A stretch of 64,000 bases of DNA from Candidatus Moanibacter sp. (GCA_965215885.1 CBDCEW010000096.1:65401-129400), one strand, 5' to 3'; counted from the stretch's first letter, positions 50,083 to 60,681 are shown. Program-made: numbers and translations. The notes: generated by a model not told the origin, from the sequence alone.

Positions 50083-50372
50083 ATGTTTGCCCGCTAAACA
50101 CGCGAAAGAACGCGAAATGAAGGGAGATTTCGAGTAAGAGCGTGGAATACTCTATCGCATACTGGGGGCGTTAGGGTAATGCGCGGTTCTTGGCTAACAC
50201 GAGTAATGATGAACACAGCTACGGGATTTAGGTTGGGAATCCTGGTGAATTTTGGTCACTATCCAAAACTCCATTGGGAACGCATCGTAAACACGAAGGC
50301 GCCCTGATCCCTCAGCCACTATGACCAGATGACAATTTCGCGTTTTTTCGCGTGTTTAGCGGGCAAACATTC
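50083..50372 (+). pseudogene. Decayed GxxExxY-family gene between GCCCGCTAAACACGCGAAA inverted repeats
   Basis: Fragments YRILGA (50153) and NDEH, then ATGFRLGILVNFGHYPKLHWERIV (50218-50307); repeats at 50089-50107 and 50346-50364. Confidence 0.72.
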
Positions 50373-50529
50373 TTCGGATTTCGGCACATCCGTTTCGGAT
50401 AATCCCGGGCTTTCCCTTGGATAAATCATCAATATCCGCCAATCATTAGATGCCCGCTAAAGACGCGAAAGAACGCGAAATCTTCTGGAGTATGGAGGAC
50501 TGACGAAGAACAGATTTTCGCCTGTAGAA

Positions 50530-51771
50530 ATGCCTTATCGATTGTTGCGGTTTGCCCTCTCTAAGGAATATCCCGAAAAGCGGATGTTTCGTGAGCCCGA
50601 GAGGTTGAAAAAGGCTTACGATGTCGTAATAATCGGGGCTGGCGGGCATGGATTGGCGGCGGCTTACTATCTGGCGCGGGATCATGGAATCACCGATGTG
50701 GCCGTGTTGGAGAAGAGCTATATAGGAAGTGGCGGCACCGGCCGCAACACGGCCATCATACGCTCCAACTACCTTACTCAGGAAGGCACTCTTCTGTATG
50801 AGGAGAGCGTCAGGCTCTTCCAGGATCTGTCGTCAGATTTCGATCTGAATCTCTTTTATTCCGAGCGTGGACATTTCACGCTGGCGCATTCGGATTCCGG
50901 CATGCGGACAATGCGATGGCGGGCGGAAGTGAATAAGCATCTTGGAGTGGAAAGCGAAGTGGTCGATCGTTCGTTCATAAAGAAGAAGTGTCCCCAGATT
51001 GATTTGGATTGTGGCCATAACGCGCCGGTCGAAGGGGCTCTCTATCACGCGCCGGGAGCGATTGCACGCCATGATGCGGTGGCCTGGGGTTACGGTCGGG
51101 GAGCTGATATGCGCGGGGTCGAGATCCATCAGAATACGGAGGTCACTGGTATCAAAACAGAAGGCGATAGGGTCGTGGGCCTTCAGACGACTCGCGGGGC
51201 GGTCGAAACGAATACTGTACTCTCGGCGGTCGCGGGGTATACTCCACGTGTCACTACGATGGTGGGACTGAGCACGCCGATCGAGGTGTTTCCCCTGCAG
51301 GCCTGCGTAACGGAACCGCTGAAGCCGTGGTTAAATACGATTATTGTTTCCGCGACGCTTCATCTTTATGTGAGTCAATCCTCTCGAGGAGAGTTGGTCA
51401 TGGGTGCTGCTCTCGATCCTTATGAAGTGCATTCGACGCGATCGACTCTGGACTTCGCGGAAGGGCTTGCGGGGCACTTGTTGGAACTCTTCCCCTTCCT
51501 GGGCGATGTCAAAGTATTGCGGCAGTGGGCAGGTCTTTCCGATATGACGCCGGACTTCGCACCGATCATGGGTAAAACGAGGATTGAGGGATTTTATCTG
51601 GATGCAGGATGGGGAACGTATGGATTTAAGGCTACGCCGGTTTGCGGCAAGACGATGGCGGCGACGATCGCAAACAATGAGGAACACGAGCTGATCAGAC
51701 CCTTTAATCTCTCTCGGTTTGAGAATTTCGATCTCGTGGGAGAGAAAGGCGCGGCGTCTGTGGGACACTGA
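50530..51771 (+). CDS. mgdA: N-methylglutamate dehydrogenase subunit A (sarcosine oxidase beta/SoxB-like)
   Basis: GAGGHGLAAAYYLA, GRNTAIIRSNY, ARHDAVAWGY, GWGTYGFKATP; clustered with a type III GS gene. Confidence 0.85.
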   Translation: MPYRLLRFALSKEYPEKRMFREPERLKKAYDVVIIGAGGHGLAAAYYLARDHGITDVAVLEKSYIGSGGTGRNTAIIRSNYLTQEGTLLYEESVRLFQDLSSDFDLNLFYSERGHFTLAHSDSGMRTMRWRAEVNKHLGVESEVVDRSFIKKKCPQIDLDCGHNAPVEGALYHAPGAIARHDAVAWGYGRGADMRGVEIHQNTEVTGIKTEGDRVVGLQTTRGAVETNTVLSAVAGYTPRVTTMVGLSTPIEVFPLQACVTEPLKPWLNTIIVSATLHLYVSQSSRGELVMGAALDPYEVHSTRSTLDFAEGLAGHLLELFPFLGDVKVLRQWAGLSDMTPDFAPIMGKTRIEGFYLDAGWGTYGFKATPVCGKTMAATIANNEEHELIRPFNLSRFENFDLVGEKGAASVGH

Positions 51772-51910
51772 TATATGACACTTAACAGACTGTCGGAATT
51801 TGCTTCCAGAAGCCAGAAAGCGAACCAGCAGATTGGGATGCCCGAACACGCTCTCGTAATTGTATTTCCGCTCAGCAGTACCGCTCTGTCATTGCGAGGC
51901 CCGCGCAGCG

Positions 51911-52412
51911 GGGCGTGGCAATCCAGGGTAATGGCTCATCGGAATACTGGATTGCTTCGTCGTTCCTCCTCGCAATGACAATCATAGTTATAGCCTTTGA
52001 GGGATATATCAGTTACGGCGCTTTATCCCAATGGGCGTGGCAATCCAGGGTAATGGATGATCGGGCGAGTGGATTGCTTCGTCGTTCCTCCTCGCAATGA
52101 CAATCATGGTTATAGCCTTTGAGGGATATATCAGTTACGGCGCTTTATCCCAATGGGCGTGGGAATCCAGGGTAATGGTTAATCGGAATACTGGATTGCT
52201 TCGTCATTTTTCCTCGCAATGACAATCATAGTTATAGCCTTTGATGGATTTATCAGTTACGGCGCTTTATCCCGATGGGCGTGGCAATCCAGGGTAATGG
52301 ATGGTCGGGCGAGTGGATTGCTTCGTCATTTTTCCTCGCAATGACAATCATAGTTTTAGCCTTTGAGGGATTTATCAGTTACGGCGCTTTATCCCAATGG
52401 GCGTGGCAATCC
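51911..52412 (+). repeat. Tandem array of 122 bp units (4 full plus 1 partial)
   Basis: Units start at 51911, 52033, 52155, 52277 and 52399; each has a GCAATCCA...TGGATTGC hairpin and CTCGCAATGAC. Confidence 0.95.
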
Positions 52413-52456
52413 GTTGTGATTATTTGAGAGTGAGATTTCCGGTCTAAACATTTCCG

Positions 52457-52747
52457 ATGAAGAAAATACGATGTCCTGTGAACGGCGAAAGGCCGATTGC
52501 CGAGTTCATGTATGGCGGTGAGTATCGACCGATGCCGGATCCGGATGAGGTCGGCGACAGGGAGTGGGCGCATTACGTCTTCAATCGTCGGGGCGAACCC
52601 GGGATCAAGAAAGAGTGGTGGTACCATACCGCCAGCGGGGTCTGGTTTCTTGCCGAGAGGGACACCTTAAAGGATGAGTTTGTGAGGACTTATTTGTATG
52701 GCGAAGAGGGGGACGACGAGGGTATGGAGCAGGATCGCGGAAACTGA
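52457..52747 (+). CDS. mgdB: N-methylglutamate dehydrogenase subunit B (SoxD-like)
   Basis: CPVNGERPIAEFMYGG, EWWYH, WFLAERDT. Confidence 0.85.
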   Translation: MKKIRCPVNGERPIAEFMYGGEYRPMPDPDEVGDREWAHYVFNRRGEPGIKKEWWYHTASGVWFLAERDTLKDEFVRTYLYGEEGDDEGMEQDRGN

Positions 52748-52759
52748 CATCCTGAAGTT

Positions 52760-55636
52760 ATGCCTTTTCGTTTACCACCACAGCCTGAGGAGTTGATCGA
52801 CAGAAGCGAATCAATCGAGTTCAGCTTCGAAGGCAAGGACTACTCCGGATTCGCCGGTGACACGATCAGCTCGGCGCTCTGGGCAAATGGGGTTCGCGTG
52901 TTGGGGAGGAGCTTCAAATATCACCGGCCACGAGGTATCTATTCCATGGCTGGCGTCGACTGTAACGCGATGATGGAGGGTGAGTCTGAGACGAACATTC
53001 GCGGCGACCTAAGACAGATCGAAGACGGGCTAAGAATTCGAGCCGTAAATACGATCGGCGGAGTTGTGGGAGACCTTCTGAAGATCATGGATCGATTCGG
53101 TGCGTTCACACCGGTTGGGTTCTATTACAAGGCCTTTCACACACCTCGAGGATTGTTTCCCTTCTACGAGAATCAGATTCGGAAAGTTGCCGGACTGGGT
53201 GCGGTGAATACGAACAAAAGGACGTCCCCGACGCCGAAGGAATATGCGTTCTGCGATGTCCTTGTCGTCGGTGGGGGCCCGGCGGGGATGAGTGCGGCAA
53301 TCGAGGCCGCCGGAGCCGGAGCCCAGGTTCTCCTGGTGGACGAAAATACATACCTTGGTGGGAGCTTGCGCTATCAGGAGCGCGACCAGAATCGACTCGA
53401 TGAATTACTTAGACGGATCGAAGCGGCCGAGTCGCTCGAGGTGCGAACGGGCACTCTGGCGGCGGGACTCTACGCGGATGGCTGGGTTGGTTTGGTGGAC
53501 GATGAAAAGCTGACTAAATTGAGAGCAGGTTCCGTAGTCGTGGCTTCAGGCGTTTACGAACAGCCCGCGGTCTTTCGTAACAATGATCTTCCGGGGGTTA
53601 TGCTGGCAAGTGGGGCGCAGAGGTTGATGCGGCTCTATGCCGTGAAGCCTTTCTCCGCCGTTACAGTTCTAGCGGCGAACCAGGAGGCCTACGGGGCTGC
53701 CCTTGGCTTTCGAGCCGCCGGAATTCGCGTGGCCGCGGTGGTTGATCTCCGCGAGAGTGGCGAAGCGACTCCAGTTGGTAAGAAGGTCGCCGATGGCGGC
53801 ATACCGGTCTACACGGGAAGTGTTGTCAATGAGGCCATTCCGGGACCGGGTAAGAAATCGATCAAAGGGGTTGTCGTCCGATCACTGGATGGGGCAGCCA
53901 ACAGAGTTGTGCACTGTGACGGATTAGCAATAAGTGTGGGTTGGACGCCGGCCGACGGTCTCCTGCGGCAGGCCGGAACGGTAATGACATATGATTCGAG
54001 ACTGGAGCAGTTTATACCTTCCGAGTTACCGCCAGGTATCTTCGCGGCCGGAAGTGTAAATGGTGTCTACGCGCTCGATGATCGAGTTGAAGACGGGCGG
54101 TGCGCGGGTCACGAGGCGGTGCGGCACCTGGGTTTAGTTGAGGAGAATCCACGGTTGCGGCCAGAGCGGGAATGCGTGGCCCACAGCCATCCTTATCCGG
54201 TGGTTGAGCATCCCAAGGGGAAGAATTTCGTCGATCTGGATGAGGACGTTACGCTGAAGGATATTGTAAATGCGTGCCAGGAGGGATTCGACAACCCTGA
54301 GTTGCTGAAGCGGTACACGACCATCGGGATGGGGCCGAGCCAGGGTAAGCATTCGAATCTTCCCGCGCTACGAATCCTTTCCCGATGGCGCGATGAAGAG
54401 ATGCAGGGAAAACAGATAACAACAGCAAGGCCCTTTTCGAGCCCGGTAAAGTTGAGCCATCTCGCCGGGAGGACGTTTACAGCTCTGCGGCGCACGCCTG
54501 TGCATTCCTTTCATGAAGCGCAGAACGCCAAGTTTATGTATGCGGGGAGCTGGCTGCGCCCGGAGTACTACCGCGTCGATGGCTACTCTCGGGATCAGTG
54601 CATTGCCGACGAAGTGAAGAACGTAAGGGAGAACGTTGGATTGATGGACGTGGGTACTCTGGGTAAGATTGAAGTGAGCGGTCCGGACGTAGTTGAATTT
54701 ATCCATCGTTTTTACACCGGCCTGTTCGCCAAATTGAGCCTGGGGAGATGCCGCTACGGGATCCTATGCGATGAGTCGGGGACTCTTATCGACGACGGCT
54801 TGATCGCGCGCCTCGGTGAGCGCAAATACTACATTAGCACGACAAGTTCCGGATCTGACGCGGTTTATCGAACGATGCAGCGAAAAGTCATCGAGTGGGG
54901 ACTCGATGTTTCTCTCGTGAACGCGACGAATCACTATCAGGCGATGAGTTTATCAGGTCCGCGTTCAAGGGATCTGCTCGAGAAACTGGTCGAAATCGAA
55001 CTAAACGAGGAGAACTTTCCCTATCTCGGCGTGAGAGAAGGTAACGTTGCCGGTGTGCCGTCTCGGTTGGCGCGTGTTGGGTTTGTCGGCGAGCTCGGAT
55101 TCGAGATCCACATGAATGCAGACGGCGGATCTCATGTATGGAAGGCGATAATGGACGCGGGAAAGCCGTTTGGCATCAGACCGTTTGGAGTCGAGGCACA
55201 GCGCATTTTGCGACTGGAAAAAGGGCATATTATTGTCGGGCAGGACACGGACGGGCTGACACAGCCCTTCGAAGCCGGACTTTCCTGGGCTGTCAAGATG
55301 GGGAAGCCTTTCTTTATCGGCCAGCGAAGTTTGGCGATCCTGCAGCGAAGAGAGGCGGAGCGCGCGCTGGTCGGGTTCGAGATAAAGAATGGATCGGGCA
55401 CTGCGCTTCCCAGGGAGAACAATCTGATTATTGAAAATAACGAAATGGCCGGGAGGGTAACGAGCATCGCGATGAGCCCAACGCTCGGGTATCCCATCGG
55501 GCTGGCTTATGTAAAACCGAACCGCACCGAGCCCGGGACGCGCTTCAACATCCGACTCAGCAACGGGTTTCCCGTCGGAGCGGAGGTGGTAAAGTTGCCC
55601 TTTTATGATGCGGAGGGGCTGAGGCAGAAGGTGTAG
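52760..55636 (+). CDS. mgdC: N-methylglutamate dehydrogenase subunit C (SoxA-like, GcvT-like C-terminus)
   Basis: GDTISSAL, RSFKYHRPRG, KRYTTIGMGPSQGK, DVGTLGKIE, LRLEKGH. Confidence 0.85.
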   Translation: MPFRLPPQPEELIDRSESIEFSFEGKDYSGFAGDTISSALWANGVRVLGRSFKYHRPRGIYSMAGVDCNAMMEGESETNIRGDLRQIEDGLRIRAVNTIGGVVGDLLKIMDRFGAFTPVGFYYKAFHTPRGLFPFYENQIRKVAGLGAVNTNKRTSPTPKEYAFCDVLVVGGGPAGMSAAIEAAGAGAQVLLVDENTYLGGSLRYQERDQNRLDELLRRIEAAESLEVRTGTLAAGLYADGWVGLVDDEKLTKLRAGSVVVASGVYEQPAVFRNNDLPGVMLASGAQRLMRLYAVKPFSAVTVLAANQEAYGAALGFRAAGIRVAAVVDLRESGEATPVGKKVADGGIPVYTGSVVNEAIPGPGKKSIKGVVVRSLDGAANRVVHCDGLAISVGWTPADGLLRQAGTVMTYDSRLEQFIPSELPPGIFAAGSVNGVYALDDRVEDGRCAGHEAVRHLGLVEENPRLRPERECVAHSHPYPVVEHPKGKNFVDLDEDVTLKDIVNACQEGFDNPELLKRYTTIGMGPSQGKHSNLPALRILSRWRDEEMQGKQITTARPFSSPVKLSHLAGRTFTALRRTPVHSFHEAQNAKFMYAGSWLRPEYYRVDGYSRDQCIADEVKNVRENVGLMDVGTLGKIEVSGPDVVEFIHRFYTGLFAKLSLGRCRYGILCDESGTLIDDGLIARLGERKYYISTTSSGSDAVYRTMQRKVIEWGLDVSLVNATNHYQAMSLSGPRSRDLLEKLVEIELNEENFPYLGVREGNVAGVPSRLARVGFVGELGFEIHMNADGGSHVWKAIMDAGKPFGIRPFGVEAQRILRLEKGHIIVGQDTDGLTQPFEAGLSWAVKMGKPFFIGQRSLAILQRREAERALVGFEIKNGSGTALPRENNLIIENNEMAGRVTSIAMSPTLGYPIGLAYVKPNRTEPGTRFNIRLSNGFPVGAEVVKLPFYDAEGLRQKV

Positions 55637-55698
55637 CAGAACCGCTGAATATGCGAAAAAGAGAGGGAGATTGCCCGCTGAATATACGAAGATTTGAA

Positions 55699-55942
55699 GA
55701 ATGTTTGCCCGCTAAACACGCGAAATGGATTCTCGAAGACCGTCAGGCGTAGGAAGGCCGCTCGCGGCCGAAGGGAACACCAATGTATTCGGATCGCTCG
55801 CGAGCGAGCTTCCTACCCTCACGGTGAAACGGGTTGGAATTGAATCGTGAGCCGCATAGAGATGATTGATCTTCCCCTCCTACAATTTCGTGCTCAAATT
55901 CGCGCGATACGGTTTCGCGTTATTTCGCGTGTTTAGCGGGCC
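55699..55942. repeat. Composite repeat, inverted copy of 33098-33352
   Basis: Ends at 55707-55725 and 55923-55941; REP doublet at 55749-55816. Confidence 0.85.
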
Positions 55943-55990
55943 AAGAAAAATTTGCGTGGTTAGCGAGTCCAGTAAAATTGGCGTATTTCG

Positions 55991-56665
55991 ATGACCTATC
56001 CGAGAACAAGCCCGGTTCAGTCTGAGCTGGAGAAGTTGGAGCCGGTCTGGGGTGAGCTGCATGCGATGCGGTGTCCGCTTCGCTTCGCCGAGCCGGAAGA
56101 GGAGAGCGAGCGACTCGGGGATTTGGCGCTCTGCGATTTGAGCGCTCTTCCGAAGCTGGGGCTGAAAGGCAGTGGAGCGGAAAGGTGGTTGCGTGAGCGG
56201 GGATGTCCAATTCCGGATAAGGTATACGATTGGGAGACGATTGAGGAAGGCGGGCTGATTGTTCGCGTGGATGGCGAGGAATTCTTCCTGGAAGATGGCT
56301 TGACGGGCAGTCGGGTCGCTGATCTCGCGGTTGTGTCAGGTGAGGGTGACTATGGCTTTTGCCCAGTCCAGAGGCAGGATACCGGATTGCTTCTCTCCGG
56401 AAGGCGTGCTGAGGATGTGCTCCGGCAGACTTGCTCTTTCAACTTTGAAGGAGCGGGGGAGAAACTGGTCATGACGCGGGTGGCGCTCGTATCGTGCGCG
56501 ATTTTGCCGATCCGTATCCGAGGTACTCTTGCCTTTCGGTTATGGTTTGTTCCAAGTTATGGGATTTACCTTTGGCAGAATCTGATCCAGATTGTGAAGG
56601 AACTCGGTGGTTATGCGGTAGGTTGCGAGTGTCTGGGAGGGACCATAGACGACAATGACGATTGA
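55991..56665 (+). CDS. mgdD: N-methylglutamate dehydrogenase subunit D (SoxG-like)
   Basis: [30 protein letters not shown]; operon position. Confidence 0.78.
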   Translation: MTYPRTSPVQSELEKLEPVWGELHAMRCPLRFAEPEEESERLGDLALCDLSALPKLGLKGSGAERWLRERGCPIPDKVYDWETIEEGGLIVRVDGEEFFLEDGLTGSRVADLAVVSGEGDYGFCPVQRQDTGLLLSGRRAEDVLRQTCSFNFEGAGEKLVMTRVALVSCAILPIRIRGTLAFRLWFVPSYGIYLWQNLIQIVKELGGYAVGCECLGGTIDDNDD

Positions 56666-57989
56666 AGAAGCGAAAGCGTTACTGAAGGAGAATGAAATCA
56701 GATTTGTTTTGGCTCAATTTGTGGATATTCATGGAGTAGCCAAGACTAAGGCGGTGCCGGTAAATCACTTCGAGGACATCCTGACCGACGGCGCAGGCTT
56801 CGCCGGATTTGCGGTGTGGGGAATGGGGCAGGCGCCTCACGACCCGGATTTTATGGCGGTGGGCGACCTCAACACGCTCTCCCTTGTCCCCTGGCAACCG
56901 GGATACGCCAGGATCGTCTGTGATGGACGCGTCAATGGTGAGGTCTGGCCTTATGACACCCGCTACATACTCTCGCGGCAGGTTGTGCGGATGGAGGAGC
57001 GAGGGTGGAAGTTCAACACCGGTCTGGAGCCCGAATTCATGTTGTTGGTCAGGAATGACGACGGTTCAGTAAGGCCAGCGGACGACACCGATCGATTGGA
57101 TAAGCCTTGCTACGACTACAAAGGCCTCTCCCGCAGCCGTGGTTTTATCGAAAAGCTGGTCGACTCGCTCCAGACGGTGGGGTTTGACGTCTACCAGGTC
57201 GATCATGAGGATTCGAATGGCCAGTTTGAGATAAACTTTACTTTCACGGAGGCCATACAATCGGCCGACCGCTACATTTTCTTCCGCATGGCAGCAGGAG
57301 AAATCGCCCGCGAATTCGGGACGATCTGCTCGTTCATGCCGAAGCCGATGCAGACCCGAACCGGAAGCGGCATGCACATCCACATGTCCATAACCGATCG
57401 TGACGGGAACGAGATATTCGGCGATGACTCCGATCCCAACAAACTGGGATTGTCGAAATCAGCTTACCACTTTCTTGGAGGTCTTTTGGCCCATGCCGAT
57501 GCTCTGGCCGCTTTGGTGGCGCCCTCCGTGAACTCCTACAAACGCCTCGTGGTGGGTCGGGCGCTATCGGGCGCGACCTGGGCGCCGGCTTACGTCTCAT
57601 ACGGCGATAACAATCGGACCTCGATGATAAGGGTTCCCTATGGGCGCCTGGAATTGCGGTTGAGCGATTCCAGTTGCAATCCCTATCTGGCCACGGCGGC
57701 AGTCATCGTGGCGGGACTCGATGGGATCGATCGTGAGCTGGATCCCGGTGAGCCACACAATATTAACCACTATGATCACACCCTCGATGAGATTCGAGCG
57801 ATGGGGATCGGGATTTTGCCGCAGTCACTTCGCGAGGCGATTGATGCTCTGGAAAAAGACAGTCTCTTCAGTGAGCAGCTGGGAGGCGATTTCGTGAAAG
57901 AGTTTATCGATCTCAAAGACATGGAGTGGGTCGAGTACCAGCGCCACGTCTCGGATTGGGAAATCGATCGATATCTCGAGTACTTTTAG
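56655..57989 (+). CDS. gmaS: Type III glutamate-ammonia ligase (GlnT), probably gamma-glutamylmethylamide synthetase
   Basis: [47 protein letters not shown]; overlaps the end of mgdD. Confidence 0.85.
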   Translation: MTIEEAKALLKENEIRFVLAQFVDIHGVAKTKAVPVNHFEDILTDGAGFAGFAVWGMGQAPHDPDFMAVGDLNTLSLVPWQPGYARIVCDGRVNGEVWPYDTRYILSRQVVRMEERGWKFNTGLEPEFMLLVRNDDGSVRPADDTDRLDKPCYDYKGLSRSRGFIEKLVDSLQTVGFDVYQVDHEDSNGQFEINFTFTEAIQSADRYIFFRMAAGEIAREFGTICSFMPKPMQTRTGSGMHIHMSITDRDGNEIFGDDSDPNKLGLSKSAYHFLGGLLAHADALAALVAPSVNSYKRLVVGRALSGATWAPAYVSYGDNNRTSMIRVPYGRLELRLSDSSCNPYLATAAVIVAGLDGIDRELDPGEPHNINHYDHTLDEIRAMGIGILPQSLREAIDALEKDSLFSEQLGGDFVKEFIDLKDMEWVEYQRHVSDWEIDRYLEYF

Positions 57990-58016
57990 TCCGGAAATTC
58001 TTCTGAATTTCCGGAC
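57989..58016 (+). terminator. Hairpin right after the gmaS stop
   Basis: GTCCGGAAATTC-TTCT-GAATTTCCGGAC; no clear U-tract. Confidence 0.4.
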
Positions 58017-58046
58017 TGACTCGAATGGCGCAAAGATAAGCGATTC

Positions 58047-58210
58047 GTAGCTCGGTGCTTTAGCCCGAGCTTCTGCATCGACGCGGGCTAAAGCACCGCG
58101 CTACTGAAGCGGTCGGTTTCGGCCGCAATCGTCTCCGGCCTGCGCCGTGTCAAGAGCGGCCTTCCTACAATAAATTGCGTCCCGGTTTACCGCGATAGGA
58201 AGCTCGCTTG
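58047..58210. repeat. Cluster of GTAG-type REP-like palindromes
   Basis: GTAGCTCGGTGCTTTAGCCCG...CGGGCTAAAGCACCGCGCTAC, plus gcggccttcctac and taggaagctcgcttg. Confidence 0.7.
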
Positions 58211-58294
58211 TCCCAGACCCTGAGTCCCGGCCTGCCGGGATCGAAGGTCGAGCGATAGTGCCCTTGTCTTAGCTCACTTCCGGACTAAACCGAA

Positions 58295-58886
58295 TCATTT
58301 CTGTTCGGCGATGGGCGGGACAAACTGGGATTCGGTGTCCCATGGGAAGAGGATCCACGTATCCTGACTGACCTTCGTAGACGTGACAGCGCTGTTTGCA
58401 AAACCTCGACTGTCAGGCAGGTGTCTACATGAGGCCGTCCTTCGGGCTTAACACTTCTGATCCAATCAAGTGAGGCGCCAGCTGAAGCGACCCTTGCTCC
58501 GTGACAAAGGTGTCTACATGAGGCCGTCCTTCGGGCTTAACGTAGACAGTGGCAAAATGCGTTTCGGGAATCATTGCACGGACGGTAAGCGCGGTGCGCC
58601 CGGTGTCGACAAGATCATCGATGATGAGCCAATCGCCCTCAGGGGGCGAAATCTCCTTCAGGATCTTGATTTCGCCCTTGGTTTGCCAATCGTAACTCGA
58701 CACGCATACGGTATCAATGAGACGAATCTCGAGCTCCCGGGCAACGATTGCGGCTGGAACCAAACCGCCGCGTGTAATTGCGATAACACTTTTCCAATCA
58801 GCCACTTCCATGAGGCGCCACGAAAGCGCCTTGCAATCCCGCTGCAGTTGATCCCATGAAACCGGAAACGTCTTCTGGTAAGCCAT
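58295..58886 (-). CDS. gpt: Xanthine-guanine phosphoribosyltransferase with a garbled ~125 bp insertion (58375-58498)
   Basis: VSWDQLQRD, ITRGGLVPA, IIDDLVDTGRT; C-terminus VSQDTWILFPWD at 58295-58371. Confidence 0.9.
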
Positions 58887-59267
58887 CTAATGATCGAGAG
58901 ACGCGGAGCGCGGGATGCAACCCGGTTAAAAGCGGGAATTATCCCGTGCCGTTGATGAGGTCGAATCGCCTCCTCTTCCTCCTCGATCGCTACGCTAACT
59001 CACAGCGACTTAAACAGGCAAGAAAAACATCCTTAACCGTATTTAACCTGGTATTCCAACCCGACTTCCCGGCGAGGCGGGACGGGGAGTGTTCATTTGG
59101 AGTTCTGAGCCTCATGATCCTCATATACGATAAGATCCGCACAATCCTCTTGACCCTGCGACAGCGATAAATTATCCCGCAACACGGTCTGCTCGCGACA
59201 TCTTTGACGGAGCGATCTTGAGGAGGCCGTCGAAGGCGAGGTCGGAAGCGGACGTGGATCATAAATG

Positions 59268-60469
59268 GGAATGATTAGTACCTGCCGGCCCAGTGCCCAA
59301 CCCTCTTGGGCGTCCGCTTTATTACTGATGGCCGACGGGACGATCTTCTGGGGTCGAGGGGCCGGCGCCGGCGGCGCTCGAGTCGGTGAACTCTGTTTCA
59401 ACACCTCGATCACGGGCTACCAGGAGATACTGACCGATCCCTCGTATGCGGATCAGATAATCACCTTTACTTTTCCGCATATAGGGATCGTGGGAACCCT
59501 CTTGGGCGTCCGAATTCGGAGGATCTGGAATCGGCCGCACCGGCGGCCTGCGGATGCGTTATCGGGGCGGACCTGACATCGCCTTCCAACTGGCGATCGG
59601 GAGAGGCTCTCGACTCCTGGCTGAACCGCCACGGCCTGCCCGCGATCACCGGCGTGGACACTCGCAGTTTGACTTCCCGCCTGCGGGACGGGGGTGCCTG
59701 CACCGCGGTCATCGACCACTTTGGGAAAAGCGAGACCGACATCCCGCGACTGCATGCGATGCTGCAGGATTGGCCGGGTATGGAGGGGATGGAGCTGGCA
59801 TCAGAAGTGTCCACAGGTGACGCTTATCAATGGGGCGAGACGCGTTGGGTAGCGGAGGCGCGAACGAACCGGGCCGGCTACGGCAAGTCGACACCACCAG
59901 AAACCCGAATCGTGGTTATCGATTACGGCGCTAAGCGAAACATCCTGAGGTCCCTGGCATCGCGGGAATGCGCCGTCACTGTCGTTCCCGCGGAATGTCC
60001 CGCTGAGGTGATCCTGGAAGAGGCGCCGGATGGTGTTGTCCTGTCGAACGGCCCGGGTGATCCGGCGGCCACGGGCGGATATGCGGTTCCGGCGATTCAG
60101 AAGCTACTCGATGAAGGAATTCCGGTATTCGGAATCTGTCTGGGGCACCAATTGCTCGCCCTCGCTTTGGGTGCGCGAACGAAGAAGATGCATTTCGGGC
60201 ACCGCGGAGGTAACCACCCGGTGAAAGAGCTGGCGACGGGTAAGGTGGAGATCACAAGCCAGAACCACGGATTCGTCGTCGACGAGGATACTCTGCCGGA
60301 GAATGTTTCCGTAACGCACCAATCGCTCTTCGATGGGACGATCGAAGGCCTCCGGGCGACGAACCGGCCGGCCTTCAGCGTGCAGTATCATCCGGAGGCC
60401 AGTCCGGGACCGAAGGACAGCCAATTCCTCTTCCGGCGATTTCTCGATTTAATCAGAGAAGAGGGCTAG
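59268..60469 (+). CDS. carA: Carbamoyl-phosphate synthase small subunit; frameshifting insertion near 59497-59511
   Basis: [46 protein letters not shown]. Confidence 0.96.
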
Positions 60470-60681
60470 CAGCCTGTCGGACTTAACAGGAAAAATGAGG
60501 TGGCCAGCGCAAACAGTCGCTAAAACATGCCAACCCTGTCATTGCGAGGAAGAATGACGAAGCAATCTAGGTTTTGGGGCCCTCATATCCGTGGATTGCC
60601 GCGCTTCGCTCGCAATGACAGGCGAGTCGTCGAGCAGAATCACTTGGAATTGTCCGATTGAAAGAAAAGTCCGACAGATTC
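60470..60681. mobile_element. ~212 bp MITE-like element containing a GTCATTGCGAG...CTCGCAATGAC hairpin
   Basis: TIR core CTGTCGGACTT / AAGTCCGACAG; flanks CTAG and CTAA. Confidence 0.65.

Noticed and set aside
51911..52412. CRISPR array
   Set aside because: The constant part is ~100 bp, the variable parts are short and recur alternately rather than being unique spacers, and no cas genes are present.
56655..57989. Housekeeping glutamine synthetase glnA
   Set aside because: The motifs and the overlap with mgdD fit type III GlnT/GmaS better.
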